Below are positions 23,701 through 38,700 of a stretch of DNA of 64,000 nucleotides, in pieces. A model generated the notes under the pieces. It was not told the origin of the DNA and did not search any database. It saw nothing but the letters and a program-made list of their open reading frames with translations. The translations under genes were made by a program, and so were the position numbers. Each line of letters starts with the position of its first letter. Position 1 is the stretch's first letter. Source of the DNA: Mobula hypostoma (Eukaryota); assembly GCF_963921235.1 (NCBI RefSeq), contig NC_086107.1, positions 116,004,001 through 116,068,000 of the forward strand, written 5' to 3'.

Positions 23701-26700
23701 TCCTCTCCCCATACGTGACGCTCCCCCGTCCTCTCCCCGTACGTAACGCTCCCCATCCTCTCCCCATACGTGACACTCCCCCGTCCTCTCCCCGTTCATA
23801 ACACACCCCTGCGTCTCCCCGTATGTAACGCTCCCCCGTCCTCTCCCCGTGCGTAATGCTCCCCCTGTCCTCTCCCCGTACATAACAATCCCCCTGTCCT
23901 CTCCCCGTACATAACACTCCCCCATCCTCTCCCCGTACGTAACACTCCCCCGTCCTCTCCCCGTACATGACGCTCCCCCCGTCCTCTCCCCGTACGTAAC
24001 GCTCCCCCCGTCCTCTCCCCGTAGGTGACACTCCCCCGTCCTCTCCCCGTACGTAACGCTCCCCCTGTCCTCTCCCCCGTCCTCACCCCGTACGTAACGC
24101 TCCCCCGTCCTCTCCCCATACATAACACACCTCCACACATAACGTTCCCCAGTCCTCTCCCCGTACGTAACACTCCCCCGTACATAACGTTACCGTCCTC
24201 TCCCCGTACGTGACGCTCCCCCGTCCTCTCCCCGTACGTGACGCTCCCCCGTCCTCTCCCCGTACGTGATGTCCCCCCGTCCTCTCCCCGCAGGCGACGC
24301 TCCCCCCGTCCTCTCCCCGTACGTGACACTCCCCCGTCCTCTCCCCGTACATAACGCTCCCCTGTCCTCTCCCCGTACGTGACGCTCCCCCGTCCTCTCC
24401 CCGTACGTGACGCTCCCCCCGTCCTCTCCCCGTACGTAACACTCCTCCGTCCTCTCCCCGTACGTAACACTGGGAGAGGACGGGGAGCGTTACGTACGGG
24501 GAAGAGGCAGGGGAGTGTTGAGGACGGGGGAGTGTCCTCTCCCCGTACGTAACACTCCCCTGCCTCTCCCCCGTCCTCTCACCGTACATAACACTCCCTC
24601 ATACATAACGTTCCCCTGTCCTCTCCCCGTACGTAACGCTCCCGTCCTCTCTCCGAATGTAACGCTCCCCTGTCCTCTCTCCATACATAACCCTCCCCCG
24701 TCCTCTCCCGATACGTAACGCTCCCCCGTCCTCAACGCTCCCCTGCCTCTCCCCATACGTAATGCTCCCCCGTCCTCTCCCCGTACGTAACGCTCCCCTG
24801 CCTCTCCCCGTACGTAACGCTCCCCCGTCCTCTCCCCGTACGTAACGCTCCCCCGTCCTTTCCTGTACGTAACGCTCCCCCGTCCTCTCCCTGTACGGAA
24901 TGCTCCCCCATCCTCTCCCCGTACATAACGCTCCCCTGTCCTCTCCCCATATGTGACACTCCCCCCGTCCTCTCCCCATACGTAACATTCCTCCATACAT
25001 AACGTTCCCCCTTACGTAACACTCCCCTGTACATAACGTTCCCCTGTCCTCTCCCCGTACGTGACGCTCCCCCGTCCTCTCCCCGTACGTGACGCTCCCC
25101 CCGTCCTCTCCCAGTGTTACGTACGGGGAAGAGGCAGGGGAGTGTTGAGGACGGGAGAGTGTCCTCTCCCCGTACGTAACACTCCCCTGCCTCTCCCCCG
25201 TCCTCTCAAAGTACATAACACTCCCCCATACATAACGTTCCCCTGTCCTCTCCCCGTACGTAACGCTCCCGTCCTCTCTCCGTATGTAACGCTCCCCTGT
25301 CCTCTCTCCATACATAACCCTCCCCCGTCCTCTCCCGATACGTAACGCTCCCCCGTCCTCAACGCTCCCCTGCCTCTCCCCATACGTAATGCTCCCCCGT
25401 CCTCTCCCCGTACGTAACGCTCCCGTCCTCTCTCCGTATGTAACGCTCCCCTGTCCTCTCCCCATACGTGACACTCCCCCGTCCTCTCCCTGTACGTAAT
25501 GCTCCCCCGTCCTCTCCCCGTACGTAACGCTCCCCCGTCCTCTCCCCGTACGTAACACTCCCCCGTCCTCTCCCCGTACGTGACGCTCCCCCTGTCCTCT
25601 CCCCGTACGTGACGCTCCCCCTGTCCTCTCCCCGTACGTAACGCTCCCCTGCCTCTCCCCGTACGTAACGCTCCCCCCGTCATCTCCCCATATGTGACAC
25701 TCCCCCCGTCCTCTCCCCATACGTAACATTCCTCCATACATAACGTTCCCCCGTACGTAACACTCCCCTGTACATAACGTTCCCCTGTCCTCTCCCCGTA
25801 CGTGACGCTCCCCCGTCCTCTCCCCATACGTGACGCTCCCCCCGTCCTCTCCCCGTACGTGACGCTCCCCCCGTCCTCTCCCCGTACGTAACACTCCTCC
25901 GTCCTCTCCCCGTACGTAACACTGGGAGAGGACAGGGCGAGTGTTACGTACGGGGAAGAGGCAGGGGAGTGTTGAGGACGGGGGAGTGTCCTCTCCCCGT
26001 ACGTAACACTCCCCTGCCTCTCCCCCGACCTCTCACCGTACATAACACTCCCCCATACATAACGCTCCCCCGTCCTCTCCCCGTACGTGACGTCCCCCCG
26101 TCCTCTCCCCGTACGTGACGCTCCTCCATCCTTTCCCCGTATGTGACACTCTCCCCGTACGTGACGCTCCCCCCGTCCTCTCCCTGTGCGTGACACTCCC
26201 CTGCCTCTCCCCGTACGTGACACTCCCCCGTCCTCTCCCAGTACGTAACACTCCCCGTCCTCTCCCCGTACGTAACGCTCCCCGTCCTCTCCCCATACGT
26301 GACACTCCCCCGTCCTCTCCCTGTACGTAACACTCCCCTGCCTCTCCCCGTACGTAACGCTCCCCCGTCCTCTCCCCGTTCATAACACACCCCTGCGTCT
26401 CCCCGTATGTAACGCTCCCCCGTCCTCTCCCCGTACGTAACTCTCCCCCTGTCCTCTCCCCGTACGTAACACTCCCCCTGTCCTCTCCCCGTACGTAACG
26501 CTCCCCCCGTCCTCTCCCCATACGTAACATTGCTCCATACATAACGTTCCCCCGTACGTAACACTCCCCTGTACATAACGTTCCCCTGTCCTCTCCCCGT
26601 ACGTGACGCTCCCCCGTCCTCTCCCCGTACGTGACGCTCCCCCCGTCCTCTCCCAGTGTTACGTACGGGGAAGAGGCAGGGGAGTGTTGAGGACGGGGGA

Positions 26701-29700
26701 GTGTCCTCTCCCCGTACGTAACACTCCCCTGCCTCTCCCCCGTCCTCTCACCGTACATAACACTCCCCCATACATAACGTTCCCCTGTCCTCTCCCCGTA
26801 CGTAACGCTCCCGTCCTCTCTCCGTATGTAACGCTCCCCTGTCCTCTCCCCATACGTAACCCTCCCCCGTCCTCTCCCCGTACGTAATGCTCCCCCGTCC
26901 TCTCCCCGTACGTAACACTCCCCTGCCTCTCCCCATACGTAACGCTCCCCCGTCCTCTCCCCGTACGTAACGCTCCCCCTGTCCTCTCCCCGTACGTAAC
27001 GCTCCCCCGTCCTCTCCCCGTACGTAACGCTCCCCCGTCCTCTCCCCGTACGTAACGCTCCCCCGTCCTCTCCCCGTACGTAATGCTCCCCCGTCCTCTC
27101 CCCGTACGTAACGCTCCCCCTGTCCTCTCCCCATATGTGACACTCCCCCCGTCCTCTCCCCATACGTAACATTCCTCCATACATAACGTTCCCCCTTACG
27201 TAACACTCCCCTGTACATAACGTTCCCCCGTCCTCTCCCCGTACGTGACGCTCCCCCGTCCTCTCCCCGTACGTGACGCTCCCCCCGTCCTCTCCCAGTG
27301 TTACGTACGGGGAAGAGGCAGGGGAGTGTTGAGGACGGGAGAGTGTCCTCTCCCCGTACGTAACACTCCCCTGCCTCTCCCCCGTCCTCTCACCGTACAT
27401 AACACTCCCCCATACATAACGTTCCCTTGTCCTCTCCCCGTACGTAACGCTCCCGTCCTCTCTCCGTATGTAACGCTCCCCTGTCCTCTCCCCATACGTA
27501 ACGCTCCCCCGTCCTCTCCCCGTACGTAACGCTCCCCCGTCCTCTCCCCATACATGACGCTCCCCGGTCCTCTCCCCATACGTAACACTCCCCCGTCCTC
27601 TCCCCGTACGTAACACTCTCCCGTACGTGACGCTCCCCCGTTCTCTCCCCATACGTAACACTCTTCCGTCCTCTCCCCGTACGTAATGCTCCCCGTCCTC
27701 TCCCCGTACGTAACGCTCCCCCGTCCTCTCCCCGTACGTAACACTCCCCCGTCCTCTCCCCGTACGTAACGCTCCCCCTGTCCTCTCCCCGTACGTAACG
27801 CTCCCCCTGTCCTCTCCCCGTACGTAACGCTCCCCTGCCTCTCCCCGTACGTAACGCTCCCCCGTCATCTCCCCATATGTGACACTCCCCATACGTAACA
27901 TTGCTCCATATATAACGTTCCCCCGTACGTAACACTCCCCTGTACATAACGTTCCCCTGTCCTCTCCCCGTACGTGACGCTCCCCGTCCTCTCCCCGTAC
28001 GTGACGCTCCCCCCGTCCTCTCCCCGTACGTGACGCTCCCCCCGTCCTCTCCCCGTACGTAACACTCCTCCGTCCTCTCCCCGTACGTAACACTGGGAGA
28101 GGACAGGGCGAGTGTTACGTACGGGGAAGAGGCAGGGGAGTGTTGAGGACGGGGGAGTGTTGAGGACGGGGGAGTGTTGAGGACGGGGGAGTGTCCTCTC
28201 CCCGTACGTAACACTCCCCTGCCTCTCCCCCGACCTCTCACCGTACATAACACTCCCCCATACATAACGCTCCCCCGTCCTCTCCCCGTACGTGACGTCC
28301 CCCCGTCCTCTCCCCGTACGTGACGCTCCTCCATCCTTTCCCCGTATGTGACACTCTCCCCGTACGTGACGCTCACCCCGTCCTCTCCCTGTGCGTGACA
28401 CTCCCCTGCCTCTCCCCGTACGTGACACTCCCCCGTCCTCTCCCAGTACGTAACACTCCCCTGCCTCTCCCCGTACGTAACGCTCCCCGTCCTCTCCCCA
28501 TACGTGACACTCCCCCGTCCTCTCCCTGTACGTAACACTCCCCTGCCTCTCCCCGTACGTAACGCTCCCCCGTCCTCTCCCCATACGTAACGCTCCCCGT
28601 CCTCTCCCCATACGTGACACTCCCCCGTCCTCTCCCCGTACGTAACGCTCGCCTGCCTCTCCGCCGTCCTCTCCCCGTACGTAACGCTCCCCCGTCCTCT
28701 CCCCGTGCGTAACGCTCCCCCTGTCCTCTCCCCGTACATAACAATCCCCCTGTCCTCTCCCCGTACGTAACACTCCCCCGTCCTCTCCCCGTACGTAACA
28801 CTCCCCCGTCCTCTCCCCATACGTAACGCTCCCCCGTCCTCTCCCCGTACGTAACGCTCCCCCTGTCCTCTCCCCGTACGTAACACTCCCCCGTCCTCTC
28901 CCCGTACGTAACGCTCCCCCTGTCCTCTCCCCCGTCCTCACCCCGTACGTAACGCTCCCCCCGTCCTCTCCCCATACATAACACACCTCCACACATAACG
29001 TTCCCCAGTCCTCTCCCCGTACGTAACACTCCCCCGTACATAACGTTACCGTCCTCTCCCCGTACGTGACGCTCCCCCGTCCTCTCCCCGTACGTGACGC
29101 TCCCCCGTCCTCTCCCCGTACGTGACGTCCCCCCGTCCTCTCCCCGTACGTGACGCTCCCCCCGTCCTCTCCCCGTACGTGACACTCCCCCGTCCTCTCC
29201 CCGTACATAACGCTCCCCTGTCCTCTCCCCGTACGTAACGCTCCCCCGTCCTCTCCCCGTACGTGACGCTCCCCCCGTCCTCTCCCAGTGTTACGTACGG
29301 GGAAGAGGCAGGGGAGTGTTGAGGACGGGAGAGTGTCCTCTCCCCGTACGTAACACTCCCCTGCCTCTCCCCCGTCCTCTCACCGTACATAACACTCCCT
29401 CATACATAACGTTCCCCTGTCCTCTCCCCGTACGTAACGCTCCCCCGTCCTCTCCCCGTACGTAACGCTCCCCCTGTCCTCTCCCCGTACGTAACGCTCC
29501 CCTGTCCTCTCCCGGTACGTAACACTCCCCCGTCCTCTCCCCGTACGTAACGCTCCCCTGCCTCTCCCCGTACGTAACGCTCCCCCGTCCTCTCCCTGTA
29601 CGTAACACTCCCCTGCCCCTCCCCGTCCTCTCCCCGTACGTAACACTCCCCCGTCCTCTCACCGTACGTAACACTCCGTCCGTCCCTGTACGTAACGCTC

Positions 29701-32700
29701 CCCCCGTCCTCTCCCCGTACGTAATGCTCCCCCGTCCTCTCCCCGTACGTAACGCTCCCCTGTCCTCTCCCCATATGTAACACTCCCCCGTCCACTCCCC
29801 ATACGTAACATTCCTCCATACATAACGTTCCCCCGTACGTAACACTCCCCTGTACATAACGTTCCCCTGTCCTCTCCCCGTACGTGACGCTCCCCCGTCC
29901 TCTCCCCGTACGTGACGCTCCCCCCGTCCTCTCCCAGTGTTACGTACGGGGAAGAGGCAGGGGAGTGTTGAGGACGGGAGAGTGTCCTCTCCCCGTACGT
30001 AACACTCCCCTGCCTCTCCCCCGTCCTCTCACCGTACATAACACTCCCCCATACATAACGTTCCCCTGTCCTCTCCCCGTATGTAACGCTCCCGTCCTCT
30101 CTCCGTATGTAACGCTCCCCTGTCCTCTCCCCATACGTAACGCTCCCCCGTCCTCTCCCCGTACGTAACGCTCCCCCGTCCTCTTCCCCCGTACGTAACG
30201 CTCCCCGTCCTCTCCCCATACGTAATGCTCCCCCGTCCTCTCCCCGTACGTAACGCTCCCGTCCTCTCTCCGTATGTAACGCTCCCCTGTCCTCTCCCCA
30301 TACGTGACACTCCCCCGTCCTCTCCCCGTACGTAATGCTCCCCCGTCCTCTCCCCGTACGTAACGCTCCCCCGTCCTCTCCCCGTACGTAACACTCCCCC
30401 GTCCTCTCCCCGTACGTGACGCTCCCCCTGTCCTCTCCCCGTTCGTAACGCTCCCCCTGTCCTCTCCCCATACGTGACGCTCCCCCGTCCTCTCCCCGTA
30501 CGTAACGCTCCCCCGTCCTCTCCCCGTACGTAACGCTCCCCCGTCCTCTCCCCGTACGTAACACTCCCCCGTCCTCTCCCCATACGTGACGCTCCCCCCG
30601 TCCTCTCCCCGTACGTGACGCTCCCCCGTCCTCTCCCCGTACGTAACACTCCTCCGTCCTCTCCCCGTACGTAACACTGGGAGAGGACAGGGCGAGTGTT
30701 ATGTACGGGGAAGAGGCAGGGGAGTGTTGAGGACGGGGGAGTGTCCTCGCCCCGTACGTAACACTCCCCTGCCTCTCCCCCGACCTCTCACCGTACATAA
30801 CACTCCCCCATACATAACGCTCCCCCGTCCTCTCCCCGTACGTGACGTCCCCCCGTCCTCTCCCCGTACGTGACGCTCCTCCATCCTTTCCCCGTATGTG
30901 ACACTCTCCCCGTACGTGACGCTCCCCCCGTCCTCTCCCTGTGCGTGACACTCCCCTGCCTCTCCCCGTACGTGACACTCCCCCGTCCTCTCCCAGTACG
31001 TAACACTCCCCTGCCTCTCCCCGTACGTAACGCTCCCCGTCCTCTCCCCATACATGACACTCCCCCGTCCTCTCCCTGTACGTAACACTCCCCTGCCTCT
31101 CCCCGTACGTAACGCTCCCCCGTCCTCTCCCCGTTCATAACACACCCCTGCGTCTCCCCGTATGTAACGCTCCCCCGTCCTCTCCCCGTGCGTAATGCTC
31201 CCCCTGTCCTCTCCCCGTACATAACAATCCCCCTGTCCTCTCCCCGTACATAACACTCCCCCATCCTCTCCCCGTACGTGACGCTCCCCCCGTCCTCTCC
31301 CCGTACGTAACGCTCCCCCCGTAGGTGACACTCCCCCGTCCTCTCCCCATACGTAACGCTCCCCCTGTCCTCTCCCCCGTCCTCTCCCCGTACGTAACGC
31401 TCCCCCCGTCCTCTCCCCATATGTGACACTCCTCCCGTCCTCTCTCCATACATAACACACCTCCACACATAACGTTCCCCAGTCCTCTCCCCGTACGTAA
31501 CACTCCCCCGTACATAACGTTACCGTCCTCTCCCCGTACGTGACGCTCCCCCGTCCTCTCCCCGTACGTGACGCTCCCCCGTCCTCTCCCCGTACGTGAT
31601 GTCCCCCCGTCCTCTCCCCGCAGGTGACGCTCCCCCCGTCCTCTCCCCGTACGTGACAATCCCCTGCCTCTCCCCGTACGTGACACTCCCCCGTCCTCTC
31701 CCCGTACATAACGCTCCCCGTCCTCTCCCCGTACGTAACACTGGGAGAGGACGGGGAGCGTTACGTACGGGGAAGAGGCAGGGGAGTGTTGAGGACGGGG
31801 GAGTGTCCTCTCCCCGTACGTAACACTCCCCTGCCTCTCCCCCGACCTCTCACCGTACATAACACTCCCCCATACATAACGTTCCCCCGTCCTCTCCCCG
31901 TACGTGACGTCCCCCCGTCCTCTCCCTGTGCGTGACACTCCCCTGCCTCTCCCCGTACGTGACACTCCCCCGTCCTCTCCCAGTACGTAACACTCCCCTG
32001 CCTCTCCCCGTACGTAACGCTCCCCCGTCCTCTCCCCATACGTGACACTCCCCCATCCTCTCCCTGTACGTAACACTCCCCTGCCCCTCCCCCGTCCTCT
32101 CCCCGTACGTAACGCTCCCCGTCCTCTCCCCGTACGTAACGCTCCCCCGTCGTCTCCCCATACGTGATACTCCCCCGTACATAACGTTCCCCTGTCTTCT
32201 CCCCGTACGTGACGCTCTCCCGTCCTCTCCCCGTACGTGACGCTCCCCCGTCCTCTCCCCATACGTAACACTCCTCCGTCCTCTCCCCGTACGTAACACT
32301 GGGAGAGGACGGGGGGAGTGTTACGTACGAGGAAGAGGCAGGACAGTGTTGAGGACGGGGGAGTGTCCTCTCCCTGTACGTAACACTCCCCTGCCTCTCC
32401 CACGTCCTCTCACCGTACATAATACTCACCCATACATAACGTTCCCCTGTCCTCTCCCCGTATGTAACGCTCCCGTCCTCTCTCCGTATGTAACGCTCCC
32501 CTGTCCTCTCCCCGTATGTAACGCTCCCGTCCTCTCTCCGTACGTAACGCTCCCCTGTCTTCTCCCCATACGTGATACTCCCCCGTCCTCTCCCTGTACG
32601 TAATGCTCCCTCGTCCTCTCCCCGTACGTAACGCTCCCCCTGTCCTCTCCCCGTACGTAACACTCCCCGTCCTCTCCCCGTACGTAACACTCCGCCGTCC

Positions 32701-35700
32701 TCTCCCCGTACGTAACACTCCGCCGTCCTCTCCCCGTACGTAACGCTCCCCCGTCCTCTCCCCGTACGTGACGCTCCCCCGTCCTCTCCCCGTACGTGAT
32801 GTCCCCCCGTCCTCTCCCCGCAGGTGACGCTCCCCCCGTCCTCTCCCCGTACGTGACAATCCCCTGCCTCTCCCCGTACGTGACACTCCCCCGTCCTCTC
32901 CCCGTACATAACGCTCCCCGTCCTCTCCCCGTACGTAACACTCCCCCGTCCTCTCCCTGTACCTAACGCTCCCCTGTCCTCTCCCGGTACGTAACACTCC
33001 CCCGTCCTCTCCCCGTACGTGACGCTCCCCCCGTCCTCTCCCCGTACGTAACACTCCTCCGTCCTCTCCCCGTACGTAACACTGGGAGAGGACGGGGAGC
33101 GTTACGTACGGGGAAGAGGCAGGGGAGTGTTGAGGACGGGGGAGTGTCCTCTCCCCGTACGTAACACTCCCCTGCCTCTCCCCCGACCTCTCACCGTACA
33201 TAACACTCCCCCATACATAACGTTCCCCCGTCCTCTCCCCGTACGTGACGTCCCCCCGTCCTCTCCCTGTGCGTGACACTCCCCTGCCTCTCCCCGTACG
33301 TGACACTCCCCCGTCCTCTCCCAGTACGTAACACTCCCCTGCCTCTCCCCGTACGTAACGCTCCCCTGTCCTCTCCCGGTACGTAACACTCCCCTGCCTC
33401 TCCCCGTACGTAACGCTCCCCGTCCTCTCCCCATACGTGACACTCCCCCGTCCTCTCACCGTACGTAACACTCCCCCGTCCTCTCACCGTACATAACACT
33501 CCCCCGTACGTAACACTCCCCCGTCCTCTCACCGTACGTAACACTCCCCCGTCCTCTCCCCGTACGTAACGCTCCCCTGCCTCTCCCCGTACGTAACGCT
33601 CCCCCGTCGTCTCCCCATACGTGATACTCCCCCCGTACATAACGTTCCCCTGTCTTCTCCCCGTACGTGACGCTCTCCCGTCCTCTCCCCGTACGTGACG
33701 CTCCTCCGTCCTCTCCCCGTACGTAACACTGGGAGAGGACGGGGGGAGTGTTACGTACGAGGAAGAGGCAGGACAGTGTTGAGGACGGGGGAGTGTCCTC
33801 TCCCTGTACGTAACACTCCCCTGCCTCTCCCACGTCCTCTCACCGTACATAATACTCACCCATACATAACGTTCCCCTGTCCTCTCCCCGTATGTAACGC
33901 TCCCGTCCTCTCTCCGTATGTAACGCTCCCCTGTCCTCTCCCCGTATGTAACGCTCCCGTCCTCTCTCCGTACGTAACGCTCCCCTGTCTTCTCCCCATA
34001 CGTGATACTCCCCCGTCCTCTCCCTGTACGTAATGCTCCCTCGTCCTCTCCCCGTACGTAACGCTCCCCCTGTCCTCTCCCCGTACGTAACACTCCCCGT
34101 CCTCTCCCCGTACGTAACACTCCGCCGTCCTCTCACCGTACGTAACACTCCCCCGTCCTCTCCCCGTACGTGACGCTCCCCCTGTCCTCTCCCCGTACGT
34201 AACGCTCCCCTGCCTCTCCCCGTACGTAACGCTCCCCCCGTCATCTCCCCATATGTGACACTCCCCCCGTCCTCTCCCCATACGTAACATTGCTCCATAC
34301 ATAACGTTCCCCCGTACGTAACACTCCCCTGTACATAACGTTCCCCTGTCCTCTCCCCGTACGTGACGCTCCCCCGTCCTCTCCCCATACGTGACGCTCC
34401 CCCCGTCCTCTCCCCGTACGTGACGCTCCCCTGCCTCTCCCCCGACCTCTCACCGTACATAACACTCCCCCATACATAACGCTCCCCCGTCCTCTCCCCG
34501 TACGTGACGTCCCCCCGTCCTCTCCCGTGCGTGACACTCCCCTGCCTCTCCCCGTACGTAACGCCCCCCGTACTCTCCCCATACGTAACGCTCCCCCGTC
34601 CTCTCCCCGTACCTAACGCTCCTCCGTCCTCTCCCCGTACGTAACACTCCCCCTGTCCTCTCCCCATACGTAATGCTCCCTGTCCTCTCCCCATACGTGA
34701 CACTCCCCCGTCCTCTCCCTGTACGTAACACTCCCCTGCCTCTCCCCCGTCCTCTCCCCGTACGTAACGCTCCCCCTGTCCTCTCCCCGTATGTAACACT
34801 CCCCCGTCCTCTCCCCGTACGTAACGCTCCCCCGTCCTCTCACCGTACGTAACACTCCCCCGTCCTCGACGCTCCCCCCGTCCTCTCCCCGTACGTAATG
34901 CTCCCCCTGTCCTCTCCCCCGTCCTCTCCCCGTACGTAACGCTCCCCTGCCTCTCCCCGTACGTAACGCTCCCCCCGTCCTCTCCCCATATGTGACACTC
35001 CCCCCGTCCACTCCCCATACGTAACATTCCTCCATACATAACGTTCCCCCTTACGTAACACTCCCCTGTACGTAACGTTCCCCCGTCCTCTCCCCGTACG
35101 TGACGCTCCCCCGTCCTCTCCCCGTACGTAACACTGGGAGAGGACGGGGGGAGTGTTACGTACGGGGAAGAGGCAGGGCAGTGTTGAGGACTGGGGAGTG
35201 TCCTCTCCCCATACGTAACACTCCCCTGCCTCTCCCACGTCCTCTCACCGTACATAATACTCCCCCATACATAACGTTCCCTTGTCCTCTCCCCGTATGT
35301 AACGCTCCCGTCCTCTCTCCGTATGTAACGCTCCCCTGTCCTCTCCCCATACGTAACGCTCCCCCGTCCTCTGCCCATACGTAACCCTCCCCCGTCCTCT
35401 CCTTCGTACGTAACGCTCCCCCGTCCTCTCCCCGTACGTAATGCTCCCCGTCCTCTCCCCGTATGTAACGCTCCCCCGTCCTCTCCCCATATGTAACACT
35501 CCCCTGCCTCTCCCCATACATAATGCTCCCCCGTCCTGTCCCCCGTACGTAACGCTCCCCCGTCCTCTCCCCGTACGTAACGCTCCCCCGTCCTCTTCCC
35601 CCGTACGTAACACTCCCCCGTCCTCTCCCCGTACGTAATGCTCCCCTGTCCTCTCCCTGTATGTAACGCTCCCCTGCCTCTCCCCATACGTAATGCTCCC

Positions 35701-38700
35701 CCGTACGTAACGCTCCCCCGTCCTCTCCCCATACATGACGCTCCCCCGTCCTCTCCCCATACGTAACACTCCCCCGTCCTCTCCCCGTACGTAACACTCT
35801 CCCCGTACGTGACGCTCCCCCGTCCTCTCCCCATACGTAACACTCCCCCGTCCTCTCCCCGTTCATAACACACCCCTGCGTCTCTCCGTATGTAACGCTC
35901 CCCCGTCCTCTCCCCGTACGTAACGCTCCCCCTGTCCTCTCCCCGTACGTAACGCTCCCCCTGTCCTCTCCCCGTACGTAACACTCCCCCGTCCTCTCCC
36001 CGTACGTAACACTCCCCCGTCCTCTCCCCGTACGTAACGCTCCCCCCGCAGGTGACACTCCCCCGTTCTCTCCCCGTACGTAACGCTCCCCCTGTCCTCT
36101 CCCCCGTCCTCACCCCGTACGTAACGCTCCCCCCGTCCTCTCCCCATACGTAACACTCCTCCATACATAACGTTCCGCAGTCCTCTCCCCGTACGTAACA
36201 CTCCCCCGTACATAACGTTACCGTCCTCTCCCCGTACGTGACGCTCCCCCGTCCTCTCCCCGTACGTGACGCTCCCCCGTCCTCTCCCCGTACGTGACGC
36301 TCCCCCCGTCCTCTCCCCGTACGTAACGCTCCCCCCGTCCTCTCCCCGTACGTGACACTCCCCCGTCCTCTCCCCGTACGTAACGCTCCCCTGTCCTCTC
36401 CCCGTACGTGACGCTCCCCCCGTCCTCTCCCAGTGTTACGTACGGGGAAGAGGCAGGGGAGTGTTGAGGACGGGAGAGTGTCCTCTCCCCGTACGTAACA
36501 CTCCCCTGCCTCTCCCCCGTCCTCTCACCGTACATAACACTCCCTCATACATAACGTTCCCCTGTCCTCTCCCCGTATGTAACGCTCCCGTCCTCTCTCC
36601 GTATGTAACGCTCCCCTGTCCTCTCCCCGTACGTAACGCTCCTCCTGTCCTCTCCCCGTACGTAACGCTCCCCCGTCCTCTCCCCATACGTGACACTCCC
36701 CCGTCCTCTCCCCGTACGTAATGCTCCCCCGTCCTCTCCCCGTACGTAACGCTCCCCCTGTCCTCTCCCCGTACGTAACACTCCCCCGTCCTCTCCCCGT
36801 ACGTAACACTCCCCCGTCCTCTCCCCGTACGTAACACTCCCCTGTCCTCTCCCCGTACGTAACGCTCCCCCGTCCTCTCCCCGTACGTGACGCTCCCCCG
36901 TCCTCTCCCCGTACGTGACATCCCCCCGTCCTCTCCCCGTACGTGACGCTCCCCCCGTCCTCTCCCCGTACGTGACACTCCCCCGTCCTCTCCCCGTACG
37001 TGACACTCCCCCGTCCTTTCCCCGTACATAACGCTCCCCGTCCTCTCCCCGTACGTAACACTCCCCCGTCCTCTCCCTGTACCTAACGCTCCCCTGTCCT
37101 CTCCCGGTACGTAACACTCCCCCGTCCTCTCCCCGTACGTGACGCTCCCCCCGTCCTCTCCCCGTACGTAACACTCCTCCGTCCTCTCCCCGTACGTAAC
37201 ACTGGGAGAGGACGGGGAGCGTTACGTACGGGGAAGAGGCAGGGGAGTGTTGAGGACGGGGGAGTGTCCTCTCCCCGTACGTAACACTCCCCTGCCTCTC
37301 CCCCGACCTCTCACCGTACATAACACTCCCCCATACATAACGTTCCCCCGTCCTCTCCCCGTACGTGACGTCCCCCCGTCCTCTCCCTGTGCGTGACACT
37401 CCCCTGCCTCTCCCCGTACGTGACACTCCCCCGTCCTCTCCCAGTACGTAACACTCCCCTGCCTCTCCCCGTACGTAACGCTCCCCTGTCCTCTCCCGGT
37501 ACGTAACACTCCCCTGCCTCTCCCCGTACGTAACGCTCCCCGTCCTCTCCCCATACGTGACACTCCCCCGTCCTCTCCCTGTACGTAACACTCCCCTGCC
37601 CCTCCCCCGTCCTCTCCCCGTACGTAACACTCCCCCGTCCTCTCACCGTACGTAACACTCCCCCGTCCTCTCCCCGTACCTCTCCCCCTGTCCTCTCCCC
37701 GTCCTCTCCCCGTACGTAACGCTCCCCTGCCTCTCCCCGTACGTAACGCTCCCCCGTCGTCTCCCCATACGTGATACTCCCCCCGTACATAACGTTCCCC
37801 TGTCTTCTCCCCGTACGTGACGCTCTCCCGTCCTCTCCCCGTACGTGACGCTCCCCCGTCCTCTCCCCGTACGTAACACTGGGAGAGGACGGGGGGAGTG
37901 TTACGTACGAGGAAGAGGCAGGACAGTGTTGAGGACGGGGGAGTGTCCTCTCCCTGTACGTAACACTCCCCTGCCTCTCCCACGTCCTCTCACCGTACAT
38001 AATACTCACCCATACATAACGTTCCCCTGTCCTCTCCCCGTATGTAACGCTCCCGTCCTCTCTCCGTATGTAACGCTCCCCTGTCCTCTCCCCGTACGTA
38101 ACGCTCCCGTCCTCTCTCCGTACGTAACGCTCCCCTGTCTTCTCCCCATACGTGATACTCCCCCGTCCTCTCCCTGTACGTAATGCTCCCTCGTCCTCTC
38201 CCCGTACGTAACGCTCCCCCTGTCCTCTCCCCGTACGTAACACTCCCCGTCCTCTCCCCGTACGTAACACTCCCCCGTCCTCTCCCCGTACGTAACACTC
38301 CCCCGTCCTCTCCCCGTACGTGACGCTCCCCCTGTCCTCTCCCCGTACGTAACGCTCCCCTGCCTCTCCCCGTACGTAACGCTCCCCCGTCCTCTCCCCG
38401 TACGTGACGCTCCCCCCGTCCTCTCCCCATACGTAACATTGCTCCATACATAACGTTCCCCCGTACGTAACACTCCCCTGTACATAACGTTCCCCTGTCC
38501 TCTCCCCGTACGTGACGCTCCCCTGCCTCTCCCCCGACCTCTCACCGTACATAACACTCCCCCATACATAACGCTCCCCCGTCCTCTCCCCGTACGTGAC
38601 GTCCCCCCGTCCTCTCCGTGCGTGACACTCCCCTGCCTCTCCCCGTACGTAACGCCCCCCGTACTCTCCCCATACGTAACGCTCCCCCGTCCTCTCCCCG